Shown here: positions 8,031 to 17,785 of the stretch, in pieces
How positions within the stretch are numbered: position 1 is the stretch's first letter
Layout of the letters: every line of letters starts with the position of its first letter
Assembly (NCBI GenBank): GCA_043751595.1
Contig: JAYUZR010000020.1
Coordinates: 336 to 64,335, forward strand
Direction: 5' to 3'
DNA from: Candidatus Berkelbacteria bacterium
Lineage (GTDB): Bacteria > Patescibacteriota > UBA1384 > CAILIB01
DNA length: 64,000 bases
The notes under the pieces: generated by a model
The model's database searches: none
Told to the model about the DNA's origin: nothing
What the model saw: the letters and a program-made list of their open reading frames with translations, nothing else
Made by a program: the position numbers and the translations under genes

Positions 8031-9791
8031 CTATTCTTTTTCGTCGTGCTGTTGCGCCTGCCAAAGGCTGGCGTACTTGCCCTTCTTAGCGACAAGCTCT
8101 TTATGATTTCCAACCTCGGCAACCTTACCTTCTTCGAGCACGAAGATTTTGTCGGAATCAACCACGGTAGAAAGGCGGTGAGCAATAGCGATGGTAGTGC
8201 GACCCTCCCCTGCCTTACGCAAGGCTTCTACAATTTCTTTCTCGGTGTGAGTATCAAGGCTACTGGTTGCTTCATCAAATACCAGAATGCGAGGCTCACG
8301 GACTACCGCGCGCGCAATCGCTACGCGCTGACGCTCACCACCAGAGAGTTTTACTCCGCGCTCTCCCACGATTGTTTGCAAGCCTTCGGGTAGACGGCTA
8401 AGTAAGCCATCCAGCTGGGCAATATTTGCGGCGGAAGCTACTTGCTCATCAGTTGCCTCAGGATCACCAAAACGAATGTTCTCAGCAATGGTTCCGTGGA
8501 ACAAAACAGGATCCTGAGGAACTACTGCCAACAAGTGACGCAGTTGCTCAGAAGAAAGATCTTTGACGGCCACGCCATCAATCGTAACCTCACCGGAGTT
8601 GGGGTAGTACAAACGGAATAAGAGCTTAAGAATAGTACTCTTCCCGGCTCCAGAGCCACCAACAAAGGCAATGCTCTCCCCGGCTTTTACATCAAGCGTA
8701 AGACCCTGAAGAATTGGCCGTGCCTTCTCGTAGCCAAACTCAACATTCTTAAAGGAAACAGCCCCAACTGGGTTGGCAATAGTTTTTGGCTTTTTAGGAT
8801 CCTGAATAGTAAGTGGCTGTCGGACTAGCTCATCAGCTCCGGCAAGATCGGTAAGGCCATCCTTAAGCATGCGGTAGACTGCGCCGAAGAATCCTAGTGG
8901 AGCTGCGATGCGGATAATGTACCCGGATAACGCAACAAGATCACCAGCGCTTAGGTGGCCTGCACCAGATTCTCGAATAGCAAGCCACAGCACTAAGCCG
9001 GTACCAGTAAGCAGAATAAAGGCCTGGCCAGCTTCAACAATACTGTAGAGCTGATTACTCTTAGTATTAGCCGCCTCGCGGGTTGCCAAAAGTGGTTCAT
9101 AGCGAGCAATTTGCTGCTCTTCGGCGTGGAAGAGCTTAACAACATCGATAGAACCAAGACCAGTAACTTCTTGCGCTCCTACTTCTTCGTCGGAAGAAAT
9201 AGCCTTAATCCTCCACTTTTGGCGAAGCTCGGTAGCCGCGATCATGAAGGTAACATAGAGAACAATGGTGGCCACGATAATAACCGCGTAAATACCACCA
9301 AAGACGCGAGTGAGAATTACTGAAGTAGCAATAAGCTCAACCACAGTTGGTAACATGCTAATTACTAGCATATCAAGCAAAAAGGTAACCGAACGGCTGG
9401 CGCGAGTAATGCGCTGCGCCACTGCACCGATGCGTTGATCGTTATGGAAGGAAACCGGCAAGCGTAGTAAGTGACCAAATACCTGGCGGGACATACTGCG
9501 AGCCACACCCATTTGCACCTTGGCAAATAAGGTATCTCGGATGAGGTCGCCCAGCAGAATTGCTAGACGGAAACCAAGGAGCATGATAAGCACCGAAATT
9601 GCTGTTGCCATTCCGGCACCAGCTGGCCCCAACGCATCTACGATGCGACCAAGTAGGATTGGTTCAAAAACCGAGGCAACACGAGCTACAATGAGGGCCA
9701 GTAGTGCCACTGAAGTAATCGGCCAGAACCCTTTAAGGTGCTGGGTTACAAAGTGAATTGGCGCCCCCTTGGGCTTATCGGGATTCATCAT
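8031..9791 (-). CDS. ABC transporter ATP-binding/permease fusion (exporter type, MsbA-like)
   Basis: 586 aa with an N-terminal 6-TM domain, Walker A GGSGAGKST, signature LSGGERQRVAIARA and Walker B ILVFDEATS. Confidence 0.9.
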   Translation of the reverse strand: MMNPDKPKGAPIHFVTQHLKGFWPITSVALLALIVARVASVFEPILLGRIVDALGPAGAGMATAISVLIMLLGFRLAILLGDLIRDTLFAKVQMGVARSMSRQVFGHLLRLPVSFHNDQRIGAVAQRITRASRSVTFLLDMLVISMLPTVVELIATSVILTRVFGGIYAVIIVATIVLYVTFMIAATELRQKWRIKAISSDEEVGAQEVTGLGSIDVVKLFHAEEQQIARYEPLLATREAANTKSNQLYSIVEAGQAFILLTGTGLVLWLAIRESGAGHLSAGDLVALSGYIIRIAAPLGFFGAVYRMLKDGLTDLAGADELVRQPLTIQDPKKPKTIANPVGAVSFKNVEFGYEKARPILQGLTLDVKAGESIAFVGGSGAGKSTILKLLFRLYYPNSGEVTIDGVAVKDLSSEQLRHLLAVVPQDPVLFHGTIAENIRFGDPEATDEQVASAANIAQLDGLLSRLPEGLQTIVGERGVKLSGGERQRVAIARAVVREPRILVFDEATSSLDTHTEKEIVEALRKAGEGRTTIAIAHRLSTVVDSDKIFVLEEGKVAEVGNHKELVAKKGKYASLWQAQQHDEKE

Positions 9792-9929
9792 GGAAAATAG
9801 AAAAAATGTAAGAGTGATTCAGGAATGGACATTACCAGATTACGAAGAAGATAAGAAGCAATCCCGATTCCCCTTCCTTCTAAAAGTTGGTAATAATGAA
9901 GGCAGATCTCACCCACTTCTCTCGCCTTT

Positions 9930-10328
9930 ATGGAAATTAATTTCCTTGCTGTTGGCCTCGCCGCTCTTGCCGCCTTTTTCTTAGGCTACCTTTGGTACAC
10001 CGTTATCTTTGAAAAACCTTGGATGGCCGAGCTTGGCATGAAGATGAATAAAGCCACTCCGGTTGCACCACCCAACATGGCCAAGCTATTGATTGGTTCT
10101 TTTCTCCTGGAGCTTATCATGGCCTTCAACCTGGCCGCGTTCATCGGTACCAACGCCGACTGGAAGTTTGGACTAGGCGCAGGCCTCGCGGCCGGGCTTG
10201 GGTGGGTGGGCATGGCCTTTGGGGTTAATTATTTGTTTGAAGGAAAAAGTCTCCGCCACTGGATGATTAATGCCGGTTATAACACGGTAGTTTTTGCCGT
10301 AATGGGATTGATTATCGGGGCGATGTAG
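9930..10328 (+). CDS. Small membrane protein, DUF1761-like
   Basis: N-terminus MEINFLAVGLAALAAFFLGYLWY resembles the PF08570 start. About 4 TM. Confidence 0.45.
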   Translation: MEINFLAVGLAALAAFFLGYLWYTVIFEKPWMAELGMKMNKATPVAPPNMAKLLIGSFLLELIMAFNLAAFIGTNADWKFGLGAGLAAGLGWVGMAFGVNYLFEGKSLRHWMINAGYNTVVFAVMGLIIGAM

Positions 10329-10838
10329 TTATACCTTCCGGGTATCATATCCCCACTGCAATAACGCCTGGCGCTGGCGGGGACGGCACTGTAGATCCCC
10401 CACACGGCAGGCTTTTTGAATCTGCGCCAAGTGACGCTTCATCATCTTCCAGCGCTTAATTTGGCGAGAATCTTCCTGAGGAATCCTTCGCCCTAAGTAG
10501 TAGCGGCAATACCACTGAAACCAACCGCGAGGATCTTCTTCGTAGATCCAGCCTTTTGCCTTCCAGACCTCATACGACTGACCAGCTTCTACTGCAAAGA
10601 AGTTGTATTTTGGACTGGACTTTTCCCCCCGCCCTGCAAGTCGGGCTTTTTCGTGCCATTCCTTAGGAAACTCGTCAAAGTCTGCGATGTAGCGACCAGT
10701 AAATACCCCGAGCTCCAGCATTTCTTGCGGGGTAAGATCGGGCGTAAAATCTGGGTCAAAGCTTGTACCGGCAACCTCGGAGAGCTGATAAGTGTAGCCG
10801 GGTTGCCAGGGGTCTTGGGAGGTGATCGTTGGAATCAT
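10329..10838 (-). CDS. Conserved hypothetical protein (GWFQWYCRYYLGRR motif)
   Basis: 169-aa ORF. Motif noted but family not recognised. Confidence 0.5.
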   Translation of the reverse strand: MIPTITSQDPWQPGYTYQLSEVAGTSFDPDFTPDLTPQEMLELGVFTGRYIADFDEFPKEWHEKARLAGRGEKSSPKYNFFAVEAGQSYEVWKAKGWIYEEDPRGWFQWYCRYYLGRRIPQEDSRQIKRWKMMKRHLAQIQKACRVGDLQCRPRQRQALLQWGYDTRKV

Positions 10839-10876
10839 TACAGTACTCTACCATATGCCGACTGAGGAGGCCTCAG

Positions 10877-11254
10877 CTACGCAAACACCGCACGCTGAGC
10901 CAACCTCCACTGTGGTCGCAAGGTATCGGTAGCTTCATCCCACGCCTCGGGAGGAAGACAACCTTTACAACCCATTACCCTACACACCGAAGAAGTGGGA
11001 TACCTGCCACTACTAGAGAATATTTCTTGTGCGGAAATAGGAAAACCAGATCGTTTGGAAAGGGCTTCAACAATAGCCGCGGTAAGTAAGTAGCTTGGAC
11101 TGCTTTTTTGGTTAGCTAGGCGCGAAATAGTAGACTTAGAAAAACCAGTATCTTTTGCCAAGCGAGCAAGGCCTTCTATGGAATAAAACGGCACATGAAA
11201 CAAGATGCTGCGAAGCCGATTTGCCACCCGTGGTGTGGTGATAAACTGAGACAT
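10877..11254 (-). CDS. Helix-turn-helix (XRE/Cro-like) transcriptional regulator
   Basis: HTH segment GLARLAKDTGFSKSTISRLANQ. Divergent from the pentapeptide-repeat gene. Confidence 0.55.
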   Translation of the reverse strand: MSQFITTPRVANRLRSILFHVPFYSIEGLARLAKDTGFSKSTISRLANQKSSPSYLLTAAIVEALSKRSGFPISAQEIFSSSGRYPTSSVCRVMGCKGCLPPEAWDEATDTLRPQWRLAQRAVFA

Positions 11255-11331
11255 AAGAGCGAATTAAATGGGTTACTATCATGCGCGTGATGCACCCATT
11301 AAACCGAACATAAACCGATAGTGCAATATGC

Positions 11332-12003
11332 GTGCCGCCGCTCGCTTCGTTGGCAGCATTCCCCTATCCTTATTTCATGTCTCAAGCCCTCAAGTCTTTC
11401 GACCTTAGCTCAGAGTTATTAGAAAGCGAGCAAGAATACTCCCACCTCCGCATGAGTGGAACGTTTCTTGGAGCCAGCCCTGTAAGCAATGTACAGATTA
11501 GTGATAGCACCTTAGAAAAAGCGGACCTTAGCGCTACGAAGCTCCCCAAGTTACGAGCAATCGATAGTACCGTTACCCAGTCATCACTAGTAGGAACTAA
11601 TCTCTCGGAGTCGTCCCTTAACGCCACCACCTTCACTAACTGCAGGCTAACTGGAACTATCTTCAGTAACGCACTCCTAGATGGCTGCACCTTTAAGGAT
11701 TGCGCCATAAATATGGGACTCTTTAGGTTTTCGTCACTTAAAAAGGTGAAGTTTATTGGTTGCAACCTTCAGAGTTCAGACTTTTTTGAGGCAAAACTAA
11801 AAGAGGTAAGTTTCGAAGCCTGCAATCTTGAGCAGGCCGACTTCTCTCGAGTAATCGGCACAAAAGTAGATTTTAGAAAGTCGAACATTGGCTCTATTCG
11901 TGGTATTTCTGGACTCAAGGGTGCAATAATTTCTTCAGATCAGCTTATTTCTTTAGCGCAATCGTTGGCTTACGAGATTGGAATTATCGTGCAGGACGAC
12001 TAA
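11332..12003 (+). CDS. Pentapeptide-repeat protein (Qnr/MfpA/McbG-like size and architecture)
   Basis: Tandem A(D/N)LxX pentapeptides throughout (ADLSATKL, CRLTGTIFSNALLDGCTFKDC, CNLQSSDFFEAKLKEVSFEACNLEQADFS). The alternative start at 11380 gives 207 aa. Confidence 0.65.
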   Translation: MPPLASLAAFPYPYFMSQALKSFDLSSELLESEQEYSHLRMSGTFLGASPVSNVQISDSTLEKADLSATKLPKLRAIDSTVTQSSLVGTNLSESSLNATTFTNCRLTGTIFSNALLDGCTFKDCAINMGLFRFSSLKKVKFIGCNLQSSDFFEAKLKEVSFEACNLEQADFSRVIGTKVDFRKSNIGSIRGISGLKGAIISSDQLISLAQSLAYEIGIIVQDD

Positions 12004-12071
12004 TATATTCAAATATTTTTATCATTTGCATAGCTAGTCATCACACATAAAAGAGCTACAATTGATCGCAA

Positions 12072-13106
12072 ATGAACCACACTTCGCCCTCCACTCGTAA
12101 GCAGCGTGTAGCTATCAGTAGCCTTTTGGTTGGCGTTTTTGTACTAGGTATCGTTGCTGGCTGGGCACTTAAGCGTACTCCAGTAGTAGCAACAGCTGCT
12201 CAGCCCTCACCCCAAAGTTGCCTCAGGCTTGGTGGCTACCGCTTCATCCAGCCACTTCTCGCCTGCGACACCACTCCTCGGGATACCTCCATGAACTACC
12301 CCGAGCTTCAAAAAAGTATTACCTCCGTCATTGCAACAGGCAAAGCAAATGGGTCAATTACCACCGCCTCTATTTATTTGCGTAATCTAGATAGCCGAAA
12401 AGAGCTTCTTATTAACCCCATTGAAGAATTCTTCCCTGCCAGCCTAAAAAAAGTTCCGCTTCTTATTCAATACTACAAAGAGTCAGAAACAACTCCTGGG
12501 TTTTTATCTCAAACCGTTACCATTACCGATAGCACTGATTACAACGCAAACACCACTGTTCGCCCGAGCCAAGTTCCCGAATATGGCAAAACATATACCT
12601 ACGCCCAGCTTCTCGAGTATATGATCAAATACTCAGACAATATTAGCTTCCAGGTACTTGTTAAGCAGTTGAGCCTCGAAAAGTTTAATCAAGCCTACCT
12701 CGATCTCCACCTGCACTACCCCGATAACCTAGTGTCTATCGACGACTACATGACGCCGTATCAGTTCTCGCTCTTCTTCCGCACCCTCTTTAATGCCACC
12801 TACCTCAACCGAGAAAACTCCGAAGCGGTCCTTACACTATTAACCAGCACCGAGTATAAAAATGGCATAGTTGCTTCAATCCCTTCCAGCGTCAACATTG
12901 CGCATAAGTTTGGGGTAGGATTCGTTCCACAGCCAGATAATATTTCACGAGGAGAGCTGCACGATTGCGGTATTATTTATAATCCCGGCAAGCCCTATCT
13001 TCTCTGTGTGATGACAAAAAGCGAATCCGGAGATATCGCTGAAGTAGAGAAAACACTGAGCGGAATCTCTAACGAAGTATATAAGTACGCGGTAAAAAAC
13101 TTCTAG
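12072..13106 (+). CDS. Membrane-anchored class A beta-lactamase-fold serine hydrolase-like protein
   Basis: N-terminal TM, SDN motif (KYSDNISF) and a KTG-like HKFG. The expected SxxK reads SIYL, so it may be non-catalytic. Confidence 0.45.
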   Translation: MNHTSPSTRKQRVAISSLLVGVFVLGIVAGWALKRTPVVATAAQPSPQSCLRLGGYRFIQPLLACDTTPRDTSMNYPELQKSITSVIATGKANGSITTASIYLRNLDSRKELLINPIEEFFPASLKKVPLLIQYYKESETTPGFLSQTVTITDSTDYNANTTVRPSQVPEYGKTYTYAQLLEYMIKYSDNISFQVLVKQLSLEKFNQAYLDLHLHYPDNLVSIDDYMTPYQFSLFFRTLFNATYLNRENSEAVLTLLTSTEYKNGIVASIPSSVNIAHKFGVGFVPQPDNISRGELHDCGIIYNPGKPYLLCVMTKSESGDIAEVEKTLSGISNEVYKYAVKNF

Positions 13107-13128
13107 ACGCAATTCAGCTGCTGACCCA

Positions 13129-13668
13129 CTATTTAATCAGGCTGAAGAACTCTTCTCGCTTGCCATTTTCTTCAAGAAATACCCCGCGCATGGCAGAGGT
13201 AACTGTCTTGCTCCCCTGACGCTCAACCCCACGCATCATCATGCACATATGAGCCGCTTCAATTACTACCGCCACACCTTTTGGCTGTAAATGCTCCTGA
13301 AGCGCATCGGCAATTTGCATAGTCAGCCGTTCTTGCACTTGCAGGCGCCTGGCATACACATCGGTAAGACGCGCAAGCTTAGAAAGACCGACCACCTTTC
13401 CATTGGGAACATAGGCAATGTGGATTTTGCCAAAGAATGGCAGCATATGGTGCTCGCAGAGACTATACAGCTCAATATCTTTTACCAGCACCATCTCGTC
13501 GTAGCTTTCGGTAAACACGGTACCCAGTTGCTCGGCCGGATCCATGCCGTAGCCTTGCGTCAAAAAACCATATGCCTTAGCAACACGGGCTGGAGTCTTA
13601 AGTAAGCCTTCGCGAGTAGGATCTTCGCCAATGCCCTTGAGAATCTGAGTAATAGCTTCTTCAATCAT
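13129..13668 (-). CDS. folE: GTP cyclohydrolase I
   Basis: [30 protein letters not shown] motif. Confidence 0.9.
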   Translation of the reverse strand: MIEEAITQILKGIGEDPTREGLLKTPARVAKAYGFLTQGYGMDPAEQLGTVFTESYDEMVLVKDIELYSLCEHHMLPFFGKIHIAYVPNGKVVGLSKLARLTDVYARRLQVQERLTMQIADALQEHLQPKGVAVVIEAAHMCMMMRGVERQGSKTVTSAMRGVFLEENGKREEFFSLIK

Positions 13669-13752
13669 GGTAGAGAATTACAGTACAACGCGACTAGCTT
13701 AGCCCTTTCTAAAGTAAAGCTCCAGACATCCTGTTTCTGATACTATTTAGCC

Positions 13753-14532
13753 ATGCAAAACCCCTACCTCACCTTCGCCCTCGATCTCGCTCACGCTGCG
13801 GGAGATATTATGCGCCAGCATTTTTCCTCAACCTTAGCCGTGGAGAGAAAATCAGATAACTCGCCAGTGACCATTGCCGATACCAGCATTAACGCCATGG
13901 TCATTGAGCGCATCATGGCCGCTTACCCTGATCATGGTATCTTAGGAGAAGAGCAAAGCCATAACCCAGGAACTAGTAAGTATACTTGGGTCTGCGACCC
14001 AATCGATGGCACGATGCCCTTTATTTTCCACCTACCAATCTCTATGTTTTCTTTGGCACTCGTAGAAGATGGAGTGCCTATTTTAGGGGTTCTTTACAAT
14101 CCTTTTACCGAGCAACTTTTTACCGCTGAAAAAGGCAAGGGAGCGTTTATGAACAATACCCCAATCCATGTTTCGTCTCATGCAACTGTTGCCAAGGCAA
14201 TGATCGGAAATGAATCTGGCCGATTAAGTGCACTTGATCCGGTACTCTATACCATGAAGGCGCGCATGAGCCGGTTTTATTGCACCACCTGCGTAGGCGC
14301 ACTCGTTGCCAATGGCCAGTACGATGCCCTCCTCTTTGGCGTAGATACCACTTGGGACATTGCCGCTATTAAGGTAATCGTGGAGGAAGCCGGCGGAAAA
14401 GTGACTGATAAGGAAGGGAATGAGCAGCGCTACGACAGGCCAATTAATGGCGCCATTGTGAGCAATGGACTAATCCATGAGGAGTTATTGGAGATGGTAC
14501 AGTCACTAACCCAGAGTCCCGTTAATGTATAA
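13753..14532 (+). CDS. Inositol monophosphatase family protein (SuhB/HisN-like)
   Basis: GEEQ and WVCDPIDGT metal-binding motifs. Confidence 0.8.
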   Translation: MQNPYLTFALDLAHAAGDIMRQHFSSTLAVERKSDNSPVTIADTSINAMVIERIMAAYPDHGILGEEQSHNPGTSKYTWVCDPIDGTMPFIFHLPISMFSLALVEDGVPILGVLYNPFTEQLFTAEKGKGAFMNNTPIHVSSHATVAKAMIGNESGRLSALDPVLYTMKARMSRFYCTTCVGALVANGQYDALLFGVDTTWDIAAIKVIVEEAGGKVTDKEGNEQRYDRPINGAIVSNGLIHEELLEMVQSLTQSPVNV

Positions 14533-14989
14533 CCACGAACCCGCCGACTACCAGTGCCCATTCTGTGCGGTAGTTGCAGGAGCCGAGGGAGACTTTCCTC
14601 TCACCAACCAAGGCGACATTGTCTACCAGGACGATCTGATCACAGCTTTTATTTCATCTCATTGGTGGCCCAAAAACCCCGGGCACGTTCTCATTATCCC
14701 CAATCAGCACGCCGAAAATCTCTACGATATTCCGGACGATATTCTGGCTTATATCCATAGTTTTTCTAAGCGGGTAGCGATCGCCCTAAAGGGCGCTTAC
14801 GACTGCGATGGTGTATCTGTACGGCAGCACAATGAAGAAGCAGGAAACCAAGACGTGTGGCATTATCATTTACACGTCTTCCCGCGCTTCAAGAATGACC
14901 AGCTCTATCTGAGTCACAATCAAAAAGCTTTAGCAGAGCCTGGTGAACGTGCCCGGTACGCAGCAAAGCTACGCCCCTACCTTCAGTAG
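14525..14989 (+). CDS. HIT family hydrolase
   Basis: Histidine triad HYHLHVFPR. Overlaps the upstream gene by 8 nt. Confidence 0.8.
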   Translation: MYNHEPADYQCPFCAVVAGAEGDFPLTNQGDIVYQDDLITAFISSHWWPKNPGHVLIIPNQHAENLYDIPDDILAYIHSFSKRVAIALKGAYDCDGVSVRQHNEEAGNQDVWHYHLHVFPRFKNDQLYLSHNQKALAEPGERARYAAKLRPYLQ

Positions 14990-15056
14990 GCAACGCACCT
15001 GGCCTTTTTACCTATTTTGACTTACAACTAAACTACTTAATCTCTAAAAAAGAAGT

Positions 15057-15518
15057 ATGCAAAAAATTACTCCATTCCTTTGGTTCGATACTCAGGCCGA
15101 AGAAGCTGCAAATTACTATGTTTCTATCTTCAGTAACTCAACCCTCGGAGATATTAGTCGCTACCCAGAGGGTGGTCCTCGCCCTGCAGGAATGGCAATG
15201 GGAGTAAACTTTAGCCTTGATGGGCTCGATTTTATCGCTCTCAATGCAGGTCCAGAGTTTACCTTCACCGAGGCCATTTCAATGTTCGTAAGCTGCGAAG
15301 ATCAAGCCGAAGTAGATTACTTTTGGGAAAAGCTTACCGAAGGCGGCCAAGAAAGCCGCTGCGGCTGGCTTAAGGATAAGTTTGGCGTTTCTTGGCAGGT
15401 TATCCCTAAGCAAATGGGCGAATACCTCGGTAACCCAGACCCAGAAAAAGCCGGGCGCGCCATGCAGGCAATGATGGGCATGAGCAAGATTATTATCGAC
15501 GATCTTAAAAACGCTTAA
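15057..15518 (+). CDS. VOC-superfamily PhnB-like protein
   Basis: ITPFLWFDTQAEEAANYY ... CGWLKDKFGVSWQV, the PF06983 pattern. Confidence 0.65.
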   Translation: MQKITPFLWFDTQAEEAANYYVSIFSNSTLGDISRYPEGGPRPAGMAMGVNFSLDGLDFIALNAGPEFTFTEAISMFVSCEDQAEVDYFWEKLTEGGQESRCGWLKDKFGVSWQVIPKQMGEYLGNPDPEKAGRAMQAMMGMSKIIIDDLKNA

Positions 15519-15543
15519 TTTAACCAATACGTAATCCAGCACC

Positions 15544-15951
15544 ATGATCAAGTTCAATCCTTACATTTTCTTCCCAGGCAACTGTCGCGAAGCTGCAACC
15601 TTCTACCACGAAGTATTCGGAGGTAGCGTTACTATTCAAACCCTCGGCGAAGCCATTGGCGAAACCGACCCTGCCAAAAAAGACCGTATCATGCATGCCG
15701 ATCTTACTGGTGGCGCAGTAGAGTTTATGGCCAGCGACAGCGACCGAAACGAGCCATATCCACCAAGCTTTATCACCCTCTCTATTGGTGGAGAAGACGA
15801 AACACTTATTACGGCACTCTTCAAAAAGCTAGCCGAAGGTGGCGCAGTTACTTCCGAGCTCAAAAAAGAATACTGGGGAGATACCTTCGGTACCGTTACC
15901 GATAAATTTGGCGTCGATTGGATGGTAAATATTTCTGGACCAAAGGAGTAA
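15544..15951 (+). CDS. VOC-superfamily PhnB/YjdN-like protein
   Basis: FNPYIFFPGNCREAATFYHEVFGG ... DKFGVDWMV. Paralogue of the previous gene. Confidence 0.65.
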   Translation: MIKFNPYIFFPGNCREAATFYHEVFGGSVTIQTLGEAIGETDPAKKDRIMHADLTGGAVEFMASDSDRNEPYPPSFITLSIGGEDETLITALFKKLAEGGAVTSELKKEYWGDTFGTVTDKFGVDWMVNISGPKE

Positions 15952-15968
15952 GCAGTCCCATTCAAGTA

Positions 15969-15999
15969 AAGAAGCCCGGCACTTACGGGCTTCTTTTTA
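15969..15999 (+). terminator. Rho-independent terminator
   Basis: GAAGCCCG-7 nt loop-CGGGCTTC followed by TTTTTATTT. Confidence 0.7.
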
Positions 16000-16017
16000 T
16001 TTCTGTAAAGTTATCTC

Positions 16018-16572
16018 ATGTACGGACCCTCTCTTTCCTCTGGTACCACCAAATCTGGTGCGCACATCACTCTTACCCCTCCTTCTAGCTCACACATAGA
16101 AAAACTTGTTGCGTGGCTAAGTACCGAAGAAGTAATGAAGCACCTTAACCCCGATTGGCAGCCTACTACCGCTGAACAGGAACAAGAAACCCTCAAAACA
16201 TTTGAACAAGCCAAAGATAGTATCCATTGGGACATTGTGGTGGATAGCAAGCCAGTTGGAGCCGCCTGGATTAACGAAATTGATCACACCTTTCAGTGGG
16301 GTTCGTTTGGGCTCCTTATTGGCGAGCAAGATGCCTGGGGAATGGGCATTGGCACCGAGGTTGCTCGAGCCGTATGCGACTACGCCTTCTCCCAGACCAC
16401 TCTTCACTCCATTAAAATTGCTTTCACTAAAGAAAATATTGGTAGTAAAAAGATTGCCGAAAAACTAGGCTTTACCCTTACTCCCGGAGTTGCTCACTTT
16501 ACCGATGGTAAAAGCTATCCAGGGTGGGATGGCGTGCTGTTAAAGCCCATTCCCGACCAGACTAAGGATTAA
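16018..16572 (+). CDS. GNAT family N-acetyltransferase (RimJ/RimL-like)
   Basis: Acetyl-CoA-binding core QWGSFGLLIGEQDAWGMGIGTEVARAV. Confidence 0.7.
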   Translation: MYGPSLSSGTTKSGAHITLTPPSSSHIEKLVAWLSTEEVMKHLNPDWQPTTAEQEQETLKTFEQAKDSIHWDIVVDSKPVGAAWINEIDHTFQWGSFGLLIGEQDAWGMGIGTEVARAVCDYAFSQTTLHSIKIAFTKENIGSKKIAEKLGFTLTPGVAHFTDGKSYPGWDGVLLKPIPDQTKD

Positions 16573-16574
16573 TC

Positions 16575-17033
16575 ATGTTCCTTGTACTTTTCCTGGCTAT
16601 TGTTGTTCCACTCTGCGTCTACGCTGCCATGCCGTGGCTAGTTACGCTACTCTCCGGCAAAAAGGCTACGCAAAATACCGTCTTACTTCTGGGGTGTATT
16701 TTGTACGCAGTTTCCTGGTTTGTTCCCTCTCCCCTTATTCATGGAGTAGATACTTCCTTTAGCACCCACTTTATCGGGGGTGGCTTATTTACCGGCTGCA
16801 TCTGGCTCTATCTTAAGCAGCAACTTTCCTGGAAAGCATCTCCCTTACTGGAGCTTATTAGTTTGTACGCACTAGTAAGCATGCTTGGCGTAGCCAATGA
16901 GCTTGCCGAATTGCTTCTGCAGGAAGTAGGTATTCATTTCGCAAATAGCAGCGATACCTGGTGGGATTTACTCGCCAATACTGCTGGCGCGTTTGCATTT
17001 TGGGTAGGATACCGCAGCCTGAAAGCCAAGTAG
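16575..17033 (+). CDS. VanZ-like membrane protein
   Basis: 4 TM plus the C-terminal WWDLLANTAGAFAFWVGY motif seen in PF04892. Confidence 0.45.
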   Translation: MFLVLFLAIVVPLCVYAAMPWLVTLLSGKKATQNTVLLLGCILYAVSWFVPSPLIHGVDTSFSTHFIGGGLFTGCIWLYLKQQLSWKASPLLELISLYALVSMLGVANELAELLLQEVGIHFANSSDTWWDLLANTAGAFAFWVGYRSLKAK

Positions 17034-17034
17034 C

Positions 17035-17763
17035 GTGGATACCCCTCCCATCCTTACAAGAGTTAAAACCTTACTCGCTCTTTTTCAGAATGGGCAGATT
17101 CCCACCCTTCCCAACCACGAGGTACACCCGCAGGTGCCACTTGGAAGTAGAGAAAACTACCTCTATTTTACCTTGCCAGTGTGTATCAACTTTCAGCGCA
17201 GCTCGCCTGCTATGTGGCAAAGTGCACTCAAAACCTATCAAGACCCGGAAACAAACTATCTATTCTTCCCTGAGCTTTCCACCGCAACTCCACCAGAAAA
17301 AGTACGCGACGATTTACTCAAACATAAGCTCGGACTCCAACCAAACAAACACACCGAAATCTGGCTGGCAATTTCTCATACCCTGCACAAGCACTTTCAG
17401 GATGATCCCCGCCAAGTTATTGCCGCCGCAGATAATGATGCAGGAAAGTTAGTACAACTGCTCCAGGTAGATCGCCGAAGCGACTTTCCCTATCTGCGCG
17501 GCCCAAAGCTTTCAAATTATTGGCCATTCATTCTTTCCGAATATACCGATGTACAGTTTAGTAACTCGCATTTAATTTCGATTATTCCAGATACTCACGT
17601 GATCCAGTGCTCAGTACACCTTGGATTAGTGCCTGAAGGAGCGACCACACCCCAAGTGGAGCAAGCCTGGCGAGAACTACTTGAAGGCAGCGGCATTAGT
17701 CCAGTTACTATGCATCCCGTGCTTTGGAATTGGAGTCGAAATCACTTTAAACCTGAAGCATGA
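17035..17763 (+). CDS. HhH-GPD superfamily DNA-glycosylase-like protein (uncharacterised subfamily)
   Basis: IPDTHVIQCSVHLGLVPEG matches the xVDTHVxRVxxRLGL motif of Nth/MutY-type proteins, and YLRGPKLS is HhH-like. Confidence 0.4.
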   Translation: MDTPPILTRVKTLLALFQNGQIPTLPNHEVHPQVPLGSRENYLYFTLPVCINFQRSSPAMWQSALKTYQDPETNYLFFPELSTATPPEKVRDDLLKHKLGLQPNKHTEIWLAISHTLHKHFQDDPRQVIAAADNDAGKLVQLLQVDRRSDFPYLRGPKLSNYWPFILSEYTDVQFSNSHLISIIPDTHVIQCSVHLGLVPEGATTPQVEQAWRELLEGSGISPVTMHPVLWNWSRNHFKPEA

Positions 17764-17785
17764 ACCCAGAAGTAACTCTCTAACT

